Part shown: positions 41,537 through 51,556 of the stretch, piece by piece | Layout of the letters: each line of letters starts with the position of its first letter | Position numbering within the stretch: the first letter of the stretch is position 1 | NCBI GenBank assembly: GCA_963767925.1 | Contig: CAVYGB010000010.1 | Span: 352,001 to 416,000 of the forward strand | Length of the DNA stretch: 64,000 bases | Direction: 5' to 3' | Origin: an uncultured delta proteobacterium | GTDB lineage: Bacteria; Myxococcota_A; Polyangia; Fen-1088 | Notes under the pieces: model-generated | Database searches by the model: none | Told to the model about the DNA's origin: nothing | What the model saw: only the letters and a program-made list of their open reading frames with translations | Position numbers and translations under genes: made by a program

Positions 41537-44500
41537 GCGTCTTCGCCGCTGCTTCGTTCGCCCGAGGCCTTCGGGCGGCACAGCCGCTCCACACAGGCGC
41601 GCAGGCGCCGGACGTCGACCCCCAGGTCCTCCAGCCGGCGCTCGAGCCCGGCGTCGATGACGTGGCCGCGACCCAGCAGGCACCCGAGCAGCTCGCACAG
41701 CGCCTGGTCGCGCCCGCGCAGGTGATCGATGAGGCTGTCGCCCCGGCCGGCGGCCGCCCCGGCATCGCGGTCGCCCCCGCGCCACACCTGGACCGTCAGC
41801 GCGCGCTCGCGCGAAAAGGGCGTGCCCTTGCGGGTGCGACCCCGTGCGCGCACGCGCGCCCGGTAGACCCCCGGCCGGGGGAGGGCCAGCTCACCGGCAT
41901 AGGTGCCGGGCTCGGCCAGGGCGAGGGGGACGGTGCGGTGGCCGCCGCCGGGGAGCTCCACCTCGGCCCAGACCTGGGCGTCGGCCCTCGCGGGGATCCC
42001 CGCCTCGGTCAAGGTGGCCTGCAGGTGGGCCCGGTCTCCCGGCTCCCAGCCCGACTGCTCCGCGGTCGCCTGCAGGGAGATGCTGGAGTAGCTGTGCACC
42101 ACGAGGCTGTACGGGACCGCCCGGCCGGCGGCGGCGCCGGTGGCGCCCGCCCCGCTGGCTGCCGCTGCCCCTGCTGCGGCGGACGCCACCGGCGGACCGC
42201 CCGGCTGGCGGGCGAGGTTGAACGCCCGCACCTTCTCGTTGCGCACCCGTGGGACCGCAGCGCGCCCCAGGCCGGTCCGCTTGATTCCGCGCACGATGCC
42301 CCGATCGACACCGTCCTCCCGCCCGGGGGTGGGCTGCAGGCGCGGGTGTCCCAGCGTGAGCAGCGCGTGCCACAGCCCGCTCTGATCGAAGCGGTTCGCC
42401 TGGAGCTGCACCGGCAGGGCGAGCCGGTAGCAGCTCACCCCGCCGGACAGCACGAACCGCATGCCGGGATCACCCTGGGCCCGCCAGGGCTCGAGGATGA
42501 GGCCGGTCGGCGTCTGCAGGCGAAAGTCGACGATCTTGCTGTCGGGGGTCAGCAGGATGACGTCCACCCCCGCGTCGGCCTCGGTCAGCAAGAACGGCAC
42601 CCGCTGCACCTGCCCGGGGAGCAGCCGGCCCTGCGGATCGAGCACCACCTCGGCGTTGCTGATCCCCGCCAGGATCTCCAGGAAGTACTTCTGCAGGAGA
42701 AAGCGGTTGTCCCCGGCGATGGCCCCGCTGACCAGCAGGAAGCCACCCGTGTTGCCCGAGACCGTCTGCAGCGCCGGGGCGCTCGTGTTCTGAGGCGTCC
42801 CCAGGCCGATGGCGTAGGTCCGGGCATCGATCTGGGGCGCGACCTCGTGGATGTACCGGGCCCGGTTCTCCTTGCCGTCGGTCAGCACCACCAGCGCCTT
42901 CACGTCGAACGGCTGGGTGGCCGCCTGCAGGGCGCCCCGCCCCTCGAAGATGCCGTCGCCGATGGAGGTGGCGCCCTGCGGATCCAGGCCGTTGCCGGCG
43001 ATGAGATCCCGGGTGGCGTTGCGGTTGAGGTCGGACAGCCCGCCGCCGCCGAGGGGCAGCACCGGCTGCAACACCTGGGCGTCGTCGTTGTAGCGGACCA
43101 GCGCGGCGCCGTCTCCCTCCAGCATGAGGTCCACGAAGATGCTGGCGGCCTGCTGGAGCGAGGCGTGTTTGGATTGCCCGTCGCCCCGATCCTCGCCCAT
43201 GCTGCCGGACCGATCGAGCACCAGCGCCACCGCGGCGGTCTTGCGCGCGACGGTGTTGCCGGTGATGGTGACCTCCCAGGTCTGTCCGCTCGCGGGCTCC
43301 CGCACCGTGACCGTCTGCGGGTCGATGGCGGAGGGTGCCGCGCCGGTGCGGTAGATGACCCACAGGCGCGCCGTCACGACCTGGTTCGCCGTGGCCGGGC
43401 CCACCGTGACCGAAGGGACCGCGCCGACGAGCTGGGGATGTGACGGTCCGCCGCCCGGCGCGTACTCCAGCGTGACCCCTGCGCTGGGGGCGATGACCTC
43501 GAAGGTGATGGCCAGGGACTGCTCTCGCACCATCCCCATCGGCCCCTGGGGCACGTCCACGAAGTCCAGGTGGGGCGTGAGGAGGGCGATGGAGGGCTGC
43601 TCGCAGCGGTCGATCTCCTCCTTGCGGCTCCCCTGGGTGACAACGAAGCCGAGGGTGTGCCAGCGGGCGACCATCTCTTCGTAGTCGCCGATGTCGCGAT
43701 CCCACTCGACCCGCGTGGTCTGGCCCTGGGGAAACACCTCGTTCGGGCGGGGCACCGGCCACCAGTTGTCCGCGCAGGCCAAAAAGTCCGCCTGCCAGGG
43801 CAAGGCCATGGTGTAGGTGATGTCGCCCGGGCTGACCACGGCGTGATCGAGCCGGAAGGCGGCGGCATAGTTCGCCGGATCGAGGATGGGACGGGAGCTG
43901 GCGTCCAGGCCACCGGCCTCGATCCCGGGAAAGAACGAGCCGCCGGCGCAGGCCTCCAGGGCGGCGCGATCGAGGCCGTCGGGGGTGACGCTGGCCTCGG
44001 GCGGGGGGACGCCCGCCCAGTCGTTGAAGTAGTCGTTGTTCTTCCAGCGCTCCATGTGGGCGTACTGGGTGGCCGTCAGGTTGTTGTCGCCGGTGCCCGA
44101 GTCGTTGAGCTGGGGCATGTCGCCGCCGCCCGCGGGGGTGCCCAGGCGCGAGAAGATCCCGATCCGGGTGGCCTCGTCGGTCACGGGATCGATCCAGGCG
44201 TGCGGCGAGGTGCCGATGGTCTCCACCCAGCGGATGTCCCGCGCCCGCTGCAAGACGGGAAAGACATCCTTGCTGTACGAGGTGGCGCCGGGCGCGGCCG
44301 CCAGCCCGCCGTCGACCATGGCCTGCAGCACCCGATCGAAGAGCGTGATGGGGCTGTCCATGTGGGGGGCGAACTTCGGTGGCGCCGCGATGACCCAGGC
44401 CCCCACCACCGGCGGCGTCTCGCCGCCAGCCCGGAGCTTGATGCTGGCCCGGACCGGCCCGTCCGACACGTCGTCGTACCAATCCTCGTTGCCCCAGAAG

Positions 44501-44994
44501 CTGGAGATGCCCGAGCCGGGCGGCGAAGCGGAGGTGCCGAACCCGCCGAGCACCAGCAAGCGCCCCTGGTCGTCGGTGCGGATCTCCCCCAGGGGCACCG
44601 CCACCGCGGCCTCCCCGGAAAACCGGATGACCCCGCTGTCGAACACCGCCCGCTGGTCCGGCCCGCTCAAGGTGCGGGCGCCCGGGTCGATGTCGAGATC
44701 GGCCGCCGCCTCGGTGTTTCCGCGCCCCGGGTTGCTCGCCTTCTTGTTGGCCAGGTGAACCGTCCAGGCGATCTCCGCCTCGACGTCGGTGATCTCCTCC
44801 ACGGTGCCATCGTCGTGGTGGCCGAAGATGCGAAACCTCGCCGCCTGCCGCTTGACCCGGCACTGGGCATCCTTGAACCCGCCCGCCGGCTGGGGCCGCT
44901 CCCCCACCCGCTCCGGCCCGATGAAGAACCCGTCCGGGCTGTTGCCAACCCGCCCGATGCCAATCGCAGGATGAATCTTGTAGATCGTCGCCAT
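41533..44994 (-). CDS. LodA/GoxA-family CTQ-dependent oxidase fused to a VWA domain
   Basis: YKIHPAIGIGRVGNS, VKRQAARFRI, LANKKA, LGEIRTD..GRL, WYDDVSDGPV, CAGGSFFPGIE, MALPWQADFLAC, WWP.PRP; VWA LVLDRSGSM..TSIGDG..LTDGKEN. Confidence 0.93.
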   Translation of the reverse strand: MATIYKIHPAIGIGRVGNSPDGFFIGPERVGERPQPAGGFKDAQCRVKRQAARFRIFGHHDDGTVEEITDVEAEIAWTVHLANKKASNPGRGNTEAAADLDIDPGARTLSGPDQRAVFDSGVIRFSGEAAVAVPLGEIRTDDQGRLLVLGGFGTSASPPGSGISSFWGNEDWYDDVSDGPVRASIKLRAGGETPPVVGAWVIAAPPKFAPHMDSPITLFDRVLQAMVDGGLAAAPGATSYSKDVFPVLQRARDIRWVETIGTSPHAWIDPVTDEATRIGIFSRLGTPAGGGDMPQLNDSGTGDNNLTATQYAHMERWKNNDYFNDWAGVPPPEASVTPDGLDRAALEACAGGSFFPGIEAGGLDASSRPILDPANYAAAFRLDHAVVSPGDITYTMALPWQADFLACADNWWPVPRPNEVFPQGQTTRVEWDRDIGDYEEMVARWHTLGFVVTQGSRKEEIDRCEQPSIALLTPHLDFVDVPQGPMGMVREQSLAITFEVIAPSAGVTLEYAPGGGPSHPQLVGAVPSVTVGPATANQVVTARLWVIYRTGAAPSAIDPQTVTVREPASGQTWEVTITGNTVARKTAAVALVLDRSGSMGEDRGDGQSKHASLQQAASIFVDLMLEGDGAALVRYNDDAQVLQPVLPLGGGGLSDLNRNATRDLIAGNGLDPQGATSIGDGIFEGRGALQAATQPFDVKALVVLTDGKENRARYIHEVAPQIDARTYAIGLGTPQNTSAPALQTVSGNTGGFLLVSGAIAGDNRFLLQKYFLEILAGISNAEVVLDPQGRLLPGQVQRVPFLLTEADAGVDVILLTPDSKIVDFRLQTPTGLILEPWRAQGDPGMRFVLSGGVSCYRLALPVQLQANRFDQSGLWHALLTLGHPRLQPTPGREDGVDRGIVRGIKRTGLGRAAVPRVRNEKVRAFNLARQPGGPPVASAAAGAAAASGAGATGAAAGRAVPYSLVVHSYSSISLQATAEQSGWEPGDRAHLQATLTEAGIPARADAQVWAEVELPGGGHRTVPLALAEPGTYAGELALPRPGVYRARVRARGRTRKGTPFSRERALTVQVWRGGDRDAGAAAGRGDSLIDHLRGRDQALCELLGCLLGRGHVIDAGLERRLEDLGVDVRRLRACVERLCRPKASGERSSGEDA

Positions 44995-45102
44995 GACGAT
45001 CCTTCAACGGCGGCGGCAGGCCGGTATTCCCCTGCCGCCGGCGCTGTCGTCGCGCGCACAGGGGAGGAAGGACCGGCGCCCAGGCCGGCCCTGGCGGCCG
45101 GC

Positions 45103-46467
45103 TCAGCCGGTGCGGAGCGCGCCGGCGACGCTGCTGATGGTGGCGAACAGGGCGAGGCGGTCCAGGATCGCGAAGCGGGCGGGCATGAGCTCGCGCAGCT
45201 CGGTCTCCTGGGGCGTGCCCTTGACGTTCCAGTAGGTCAGCAGGGCCTCGGCGAAGTCCTCGGAGGGGTTGAACCGCGGGGGGTTGCCCTGGACTTCTTT
45301 GGGGTCGGTGTGCTTGGTGTGGCCATAGTTCGAGGGGTACAGGCCATCCGAGGCGATGGCGCTCTGCCAGTCGTCCCAGCGCTGGTCGAAGGTCCAGTTC
45401 CCGAGCATGACGTCGCTGAACATGTGGGCGGCCTCGTGGATCATGAGGCGGTCGAGGGGAGCCTGGTCGGCGGTGCCGGGGAAGACGATGATCTTGCCGT
45501 TCCCCCCGTTGGCGCCGCCGCCGCGGGCCGTGTCGCCGGAGACGAAGACGTCTTTCGTGTATTGCAGGGCGTGCGCCGGCATCGTCGCCAGCGACAGGGC
45601 GACCATGTCGGCGGTCGGGGAGTTGGCGGGGGGCGGCTCGGCGATGGTGACCTTGATGGTGCGACCCCGGAGGGTCACGTCGTATTGCTTGGCGGGGGCG
45701 CTTGTCTCGTCGACCCCGACGTTGGCGGTCACGTCCACCCCGGCCGAGACGGTGAAGGCGACCGCCGGTCCCCGCATGGGAAACAGGTCGGCGGCGCCGC
45801 CGGGCAAATACGATTGCTCGTCGAGGAAGGTACGCAGCTTCCCGGCGGAGGAGGGGCCGTCGAAGAGCTGCAGCTCCAGCATCCGGGTCGCCAGGGCTTC
45901 CCGGGCGCGATCGCTCAGCGGGTTCTTGCCCCCGATGTCCTTCATCAGGCGGAACTGGTCGCTGGGGTCGAGGTGCGAAAATCCCGGGAGGGTGGCCAGA
46001 TCGGTGATGGTGCGACGGGCGTTGCTGGCGCTGATGTCCGGCAAGATGACCAGGCCCGGGTCGCGCCCCGGGATGGGCTTCGCATCCCGGTGTTTGCTCA
46101 GCTCGTACACCGCCCAGTCCTGGGTGGTCTCGGGGAGGCCGCGGAAGCTGGCGCTGGCCGCCATCCGCTGCATCGAGGGCAGCGACTCGGGCGCGTTGCC
46201 CACGTCGGCCAGCATCCGATCGCGAATCGCGGGGGCCAGCTCCGCGAAACCGGGCGACGCCGCGAGCGCCGCCTTCGGGTCGCCGGCCGGGCGCTCCAGC
46301 CGCGGCAGTCCCTCGAAGCGCAGCGCCGCCTCCGGCCGGAAGGCCAGCTCGATCTGATCCTGCGCGGCGAGGGGCGTCGCCTGGAGCGAGGAGTCGACCT
46401 TCGACGGCCCCTCGTCGAACAGCTCGGGCGACACGCGAGAACCAGAGAGACGATCGAGTTGAATCAT
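45103..46467 (-). CDS. Hypothetical protein with C-terminal zincin-like metallopeptidase motif
   Basis: MIHEAAH (HExxH), SNYG, EDFAE. Confidence 0.7.
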   Translation of the reverse strand: MIQLDRLSGSRVSPELFDEGPSKVDSSLQATPLAAQDQIELAFRPEAALRFEGLPRLERPAGDPKAALAASPGFAELAPAIRDRMLADVGNAPESLPSMQRMAASASFRGLPETTQDWAVYELSKHRDAKPIPGRDPGLVILPDISASNARRTITDLATLPGFSHLDPSDQFRLMKDIGGKNPLSDRAREALATRMLELQLFDGPSSAGKLRTFLDEQSYLPGGAADLFPMRGPAVAFTVSAGVDVTANVGVDETSAPAKQYDVTLRGRTIKVTIAEPPPANSPTADMVALSLATMPAHALQYTKDVFVSGDTARGGGANGGNGKIIVFPGTADQAPLDRLMIHEAAHMFSDVMLGNWTFDQRWDDWQSAIASDGLYPSNYGHTKHTDPKEVQGNPPRFNPSEDFAEALLTYWNVKGTPQETELRELMPARFAILDRLALFATISSVAGALRTG

Positions 46468-46943
46468 GGTGACCTTCTCGGTTTCCCCGCCCCGGTGTTG
46501 CCGCCGGCGCGCCGATTCCATGTGTCGCGTTTGGTGTCGGCCCGCCGCCGCCCCGTCTCCGGACGGGCCGGGACCGGGACCTTCCCCTGAGGGATCTCGC
46601 CCGGCACCGCGCTTCACGGTGCAGAGGGCGACGCCCGAGGATCTCGAGCTGCCTCGGGGAGGCGGCTCGGCGTGGCAAATGCGACGTCCTAGACCGCCCG
46701 GAGGGACGGCCACCACCAGCGGCGGCGGGACGAGCGCGACGACATGGCCCGATGGTGCGGGTCGCCCCTCACCTTGTCAAGCGCGCCGGCGCAGGGTGTC
46801 GCATCGGGCTTCGTCTGACGGAAGTAAAATTCGCGCGAGCCTTCCGTCGCGGACGGCCCGGGACCGCTGGCCCGGGCGCGGCCGCCAGGTGGACCGGCAG
46901 CCGGGGCTTGTGGCGGGGGCGGTTTAATCGGTAAAGAGGACGG

Positions 46944-48119
46944 ATGAACGACTCCCCGGCAGGCCGCGTCCGCCTCCCCTTCGCCCTGGTCGCGTCGTGT
47001 TCCGTCTGGCTGGCCTGTGCGGGGCAGTCGGCGAATCAGGGTGCCAGCGGGGTCTTCAGCCCCGAGGACTGGGAGCACTCGAAGGTCATCACCCTCGACA
47101 CGACCGCGGCGGGGGCCAACGTCAGCGAAGACGTCGAGCACTACCCGCTGGCGGTGCTGCTCGACCGGAGCCGGTTCGACTTCGATCAGGCGCAGCCCGG
47201 CGGGGCGGACCTCCGGTTCTTCGACAGCGCCGGCAAGCCGCTGCCCCACGCCATCGAGCTGTGGGACAAGCAGGCCGGCAAGGCCGCCGTCTGGGTGTTG
47301 CTCGACCGGGTCAAGGCGAGCAGTCAGGACCAGTCGATCGTGATGCGCTGGGGGCACCCGCACGCGCCCGACGCCAGCGACTCGAAGGCGGTGTTCCGCA
47401 AGGAGAACGGCTTCGTCGGCGTCTGGCACCTCGACGAGGAGGGCAACACCAGCCCCGACGGCTACCGGGACGCCAGCGATCACGAAGCGCACGGCACCGG
47501 CGTCGGCATGGTCCCGGGCTCGCGGGTCGACGCGCGGGTGGGCAAGGGCGTGCACCTCGACAACCCGAAGGGCCAGGAGACCGCCCGCTGGATCCGGGTC
47601 AGCGGCGACAAGACCACCCGGTTCAACCCGGGCCCGCCGATCACGGTCTCGATCTGGGCGCTCGGCTATTCGTACCCCATCCGCAGCTACGAGACGATGA
47701 TCGCCAAGGGCGACACCTCCTGGACCCTGCAGCGGGTGCAGTACTCCAGCGGCCAGGGCTACCAGACCTGCGTGCGCGTCCCCAGCTACCACCTGTGCGC
47801 GTACAACTTCGCCGGTCAGGGGCTGGTCACCAAGCAGTGGCTGCACTTCATGGTCGTGCTGCAGGAGCCGAGCATGAAGATCTACATCAACGGCCAGCTC
47901 AACGCGTCCCAGGAGGCGGGCCCCTGGAACAAGGGGACGCACGACCTCGGCATCGGCAACCAGACCCAGAACCTCAACGGCCGCCGCCAGTGGGACGGCA
48001 TCCTCGACGAGGCCCGGGTGATGCAAGCCATCCGCAGCCCGGCCTGGGCCAAGCTGGACTACGAGACCCAGCGCGAGTCCCCCACCCTCCTCAAGTTCGG
48101 CGAGACCCGGACCCGCTGA
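46944..48119 (+). CDS. DUF2341 plus LamG/ConA-like domain exported protein
   Basis: Lipobox-like WLAC; GADLRF..LPHAIELWD..AAVWV, GVWHLDE, IYING, GILDEAR. Confidence 0.85.
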   Translation: MNDSPAGRVRLPFALVASCSVWLACAGQSANQGASGVFSPEDWEHSKVITLDTTAAGANVSEDVEHYPLAVLLDRSRFDFDQAQPGGADLRFFDSAGKPLPHAIELWDKQAGKAAVWVLLDRVKASSQDQSIVMRWGHPHAPDASDSKAVFRKENGFVGVWHLDEEGNTSPDGYRDASDHEAHGTGVGMVPGSRVDARVGKGVHLDNPKGQETARWIRVSGDKTTRFNPGPPITVSIWALGYSYPIRSYETMIAKGDTSWTLQRVQYSSGQGYQTCVRVPSYHLCAYNFAGQGLVTKQWLHFMVVLQEPSMKIYINGQLNASQEAGPWNKGTHDLGIGNQTQNLNGRRQWDGILDEARVMQAIRSPAWAKLDYETQRESPTLLKFGETRTR

Positions 48120-48130
48120 CCCCGGATCGA

Positions 48131-48155
48131 GGCAGGGCCCCCGCTGCGCCCTGCC
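48131..48155. terminator. GC-rich hairpin between convergent genes
   Basis: GGCAGGGC-9 nt-GCCCTGCC; no U-tract. Confidence 0.35.
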
Positions 48156-48205
48156 GGGACTCGCGCTCCGTGCCCCGCTGACGCCGGGGCGGCGTTACGG
48201 CGCGC

Positions 48206-49681
48206 CTACTTCTCGCCCGCCACCGGCTGGCCGTTGATTCGCACCTGCTCGAAGCGGGCCTGCTGGGTGTTGGCCACCTGGGTGGGGGTGGCGGCCTGCT
48301 TGATGACGATGTCGCGCAGGTGCAGGTCGCGGATGGGGAGCTGGGGGAGCCCGTCGGAGATGACGCCGTGGTTGGCCTCGTCGCAGACCACCCGATCGAA
48401 GCTCATCTTCCGGAAGGCGGTGGGGTGGGCGTGGTCCTTCACGTCGTTGTAGGTCGATTCGAGCATGATGCAGCGGTCGGCCTTGGCGACCTGGACGTTG
48501 CGGGCGTGGATGTTCTCCACGAACCCGCCCCGGTCGGTGTTGGACTTCACGTAGAGCGCCCGTCCGACCTGCCCCATCCAGACGTTGTCGATGAACACGT
48601 TGCGGACCCCGCCGCCCACCTCGCTGCCGATGACGACCCCGCCCCAGTGGGCATAGGCGAAGGTGGAGTTGCGCACGATGATGTTCTCCGAGGGGGGACC
48701 GCTCCAGGCGTCGTTGTCCCGCCCCGACTTGATGGCGATGTTGTCGTCGACCGTATCGAAGTGCGACCCGTCGACGAGGACGTCCTGGCTGGAGTCGGGG
48801 TCGAAGCCGTCGTCGTTGCCGATCCGGTTTGGGTGGCTGCGCTTGACCGTCACGTTGCGCACGCTGATGTTGCGGGAGAAGGCCGGGTGCAGCGTCCAGA
48901 ACGGGCTGCCCGTGAAGGTGACCCCGTGGAGCAGGATGTTCTCACACTCGTAGACGTGAAAGAGCTGCGGCCGCAGCTTGCTGCCCTTGCCGAACACCCG
49001 CTTGGCCACCGGCACGCCCTTTTGCCCCATCGCCCGCAGCGCTTCGCGCGACTTGGCCGGCACGGGCTCGAGCTTGAGCAGCTCCAGCCAGCCGCTGCCG
49101 TCGGTGCCGGCCTGGCCGTCGATGGTGCCGCGGCCGGTGATGGCGATGTTCTTCTCCTTGTACGCGTAGATGAGCGGCGAGTAGTTGTACGCGCGCGTCC
49201 CCTCCCAGCGCACCAGCACCGGCGGCAGGTAGTGGCCGGGGTTGGTGCTGAAGCGGATGACGGCCCGCTCGAGCAGGTGCAGGTTGATCCCGCTCTTCAA
49301 ATAGATGGGACCGTGCAGGAGAAAGTCCCCGGCCGGCACGACGACCCGCCCGCCGCCCGCCTTGGCGCAGGTGTCGATGGCCTTCTTGAAGGCCGCCCGC
49401 GCATCGGTGCGGCCGTCGCCCTTGGCTCCGTGCTGGGTCACGTCGCAGTCCCGCTCGGGAAAGCGCGGCGGCACGATGCGGGCGAGGATCGCCGGCACCT
49501 GCTCCCAGGCCGGGTCGGAGGGGGGAGGCGCCGGCGCGGGCGCCGGCGTCGGAACGACCGCCGGCGCTGCCACCACCTCCGGCTCGCGGTCACCCCCGCC
49601 GGTGGCACAGGCGGTCAGGAGGGCCGCCAGCGGCAGCAAGCGGCGCACGGTAAAAGACGGGTGAAAAGCGTGTCGGATCAT
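48206..49681 (-). CDS. Glycoside hydrolase family 28 (polygalacturonase-like) lipoprotein
   Basis: Lipobox LTAC; GAKGDG, GTIDGQ, SPFWTLHP, NDDGFDP, DDNIAIKSG, IGSE. Confidence 0.93.
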   Translation of the reverse strand: MIRHAFHPSFTVRRLLPLAALLTACATGGGDREPEVVAAPAVVPTPAPAPAPPPSDPAWEQVPAILARIVPPRFPERDCDVTQHGAKGDGRTDARAAFKKAIDTCAKAGGGRVVVPAGDFLLHGPIYLKSGINLHLLERAVIRFSTNPGHYLPPVLVRWEGTRAYNYSPLIYAYKEKNIAITGRGTIDGQAGTDGSGWLELLKLEPVPAKSREALRAMGQKGVPVAKRVFGKGSKLRPQLFHVYECENILLHGVTFTGSPFWTLHPAFSRNISVRNVTVKRSHPNRIGNDDGFDPDSSQDVLVDGSHFDTVDDNIAIKSGRDNDAWSGPPSENIIVRNSTFAYAHWGGVVIGSEVGGGVRNVFIDNVWMGQVGRALYVKSNTDRGGFVENIHARNVQVAKADRCIMLESTYNDVKDHAHPTAFRKMSFDRVVCDEANHGVISDGLPQLPIRDLHLRDIVIKQAATPTQVANTQQARFEQVRINGQPVAGEK

Positions 49682-49819
49682 GGCGAACCTCCCGGGAACG
49701 TCTGGGCCTGCACGCTCACACGATCGCCTTGAAAACGGAAGCGCGCTCCGGGGCGGCGTCGCTTGAGGAGAGAACTACGGGCGGGCTCCCTCCTCGCTTT
49801 CGACTTAAAGTGGGCGCGC

Positions 49820-51556
49820 ATGCCTACAACGATCCCGACCCCCGGGAGCACGATCGCGTCACGCCGGTCGGCCCGGCGCGTAACGAGCATCCTCCTGGGC
49901 ACGGCGGTCAGCGGGCTCGCCCTGGCGTTGCCGCTCCCCGCGGTCGCGCTGCCGGCGGCGCCGGGCGCCGACTTGAAGAGTCAGCTCGCCGCGGAGGTGG
50001 CGGTCCACTTCCGGCCCGACCTGCCGGGGGCCGCGGTGCTCGTGCGCAAGGGCAAGGAGATCCTCCTGCGGAAGGGATACGGGATGGGCGACCTCGCGCG
50101 GGGCCGACCGGTGCTGCCCGAACAGGTCTTCCGGATCGGCTCGCTCACCAAGCCGTTCACCGCGACCGCCATCATGCTCCTGGCCGACGCGGGCAAGCTG
50201 TCGGTCGAGGACGATATCCGGAAGTATTTGCCCCAGTACCCGACCCACGACGCGCCAATCACCATCGAGCACCTGCTCACCCACACCTCGGGGATCCCGG
50301 GCTACACCGAGCAGCGCGGGTTCACCCAGAAGATGGGACAGGACATCGAGCCGGCCGCGCTGGTCGACCAGTTCAAGGACCTGCCGCTCGAGTTCCTGCC
50401 CGGCTCGCGCATGAAGTACTCGAACTCCGGGTACCACCTGCTCGGCCTCATCATCGAGAAGGTCTCGGGGCAGCCCTACGGCCGGTTCGTGGCCCAGAAG
50501 ATCTTCAAGCCGCTCGGCATGACCCACAGCGGATATGGCGACGATCCCAAGCTCGACCGCGTGCTGGGGTACAGCCGGGGCAAGGAGGGGCCACCCCTGG
50601 CCGCGACCCCCATCAGCATGAAGATCCCCTTCGCCGCCGGGGGCCTCGTCTCGTCGGTCGATGACCTCGCCCGCTGGGACAGCGCCATCCAGGCCGGCAA
50701 GCTGCTGAAGAAGGACACCTGGAAGCGCGTGTTCACCCCCACCCGGCTGATGGACGGACGCGCCACCGACTACGGCTACGGCTGGAGCGTCGGCAACCTC
50801 GAGGGCCACCCGGCCCAGCGACACGGCGGCGGCATCCCGGGCTTCGCCAGCCACATCCTGCGGGTGCCCGACGAGGGCCTGCTGGTGGCCATCCTGTTCA
50901 ACTCGATCCCCGGCCCCACCGACCCGGCCCTGCTGGCGCACCGGCTGGCGATGATCGCCCTCGGCAAGCCGCTGGTCGACCCCAAGGTCGCAAAGGTCGA
51001 GGGCGCCGTGCTCGACCGCTACCCCGGGGTCTACCGCACCCGGGACCGGGGCGCCGTCCTGGTCCGCCGCGACAGCGACCACCTGACCGTGCAGCCGCTC
51101 GGCGCCCCCCCGCTCGACGCCTGGCCCGAGTCGGACAGCCGCTACTTCGTCAAGGGTCAGCCGCTGCGCTTCGCCTTCACCACCGGCGCGGGCGGCACCG
51201 TCAGCGAGCTGGCGATCACCGGCCCCACCGGGAACGTCGATCGCGCGGTCCGCACCTCCGAGCGCCTGCCCGCCGAGCGGCCGGCGGCGACCCTGGCGCC
51301 CGCGGTGCTCGATCGCTACGTCGGCGAATACCGCATGACCCCCGACTTCGCCATCACCGTCACCCGCAGCGGCACCCAGCTCTTCGCCCAGGCCACCGAC
51401 CAGCCCCGGGTGGAGATGGTCCCCGGCCGCCCCGGCGAATTCAACCTCCGCGCGATCGACGCCCAGCTCACCTTCCCCAGCAGGGGCAACGCGCTCCCCG
51501 AGATGGTGCTCCTGCGCCAGAACGGGCGCACCCTCCCCGGCAAACGCGTCCGCTGA
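49820..51556 (+). CDS. Serine hydrolase (beta-lactamase class C-like) with C-terminal DUF3471-like domains
   Basis: FRIGSLTK (SxxK), LLTHTSG, YSNSGY, HGGG; two LDRY.G.Y domains. Confidence 0.92.
   Translation: MPTTIPTPGSTIASRRSARRVTSILLGTAVSGLALALPLPAVALPAAPGADLKSQLAAEVAVHFRPDLPGAAVLVRKGKEILLRKGYGMGDLARGRPVLPEQVFRIGSLTKPFTATAIMLLADAGKLSVEDDIRKYLPQYPTHDAPITIEHLLTHTSGIPGYTEQRGFTQKMGQDIEPAALVDQFKDLPLEFLPGSRMKYSNSGYHLLGLIIEKVSGQPYGRFVAQKIFKPLGMTHSGYGDDPKLDRVLGYSRGKEGPPLAATPISMKIPFAAGGLVSSVDDLARWDSAIQAGKLLKKDTWKRVFTPTRLMDGRATDYGYGWSVGNLEGHPAQRHGGGIPGFASHILRVPDEGLLVAILFNSIPGPTDPALLAHRLAMIALGKPLVDPKVAKVEGAVLDRYPGVYRTRDRGAVLVRRDSDHLTVQPLGAPPLDAWPESDSRYFVKGQPLRFAFTTGAGGTVSELAITGPTGNVDRAVRTSERLPAERPAATLAPAVLDRYVGEYRMTPDFAITVTRSGTQLFAQATDQPRVEMVPGRPGEFNLRAIDAQLTFPSRGNALPEMVLLRQNGRTLPGKRVR

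Noticed and set aside
49820..51556. Bona fide beta-lactamase
   Set aside because: Motifs and C-terminal domains fit the broad serine hydrolase/peptidase family; resistance function cannot be inferred
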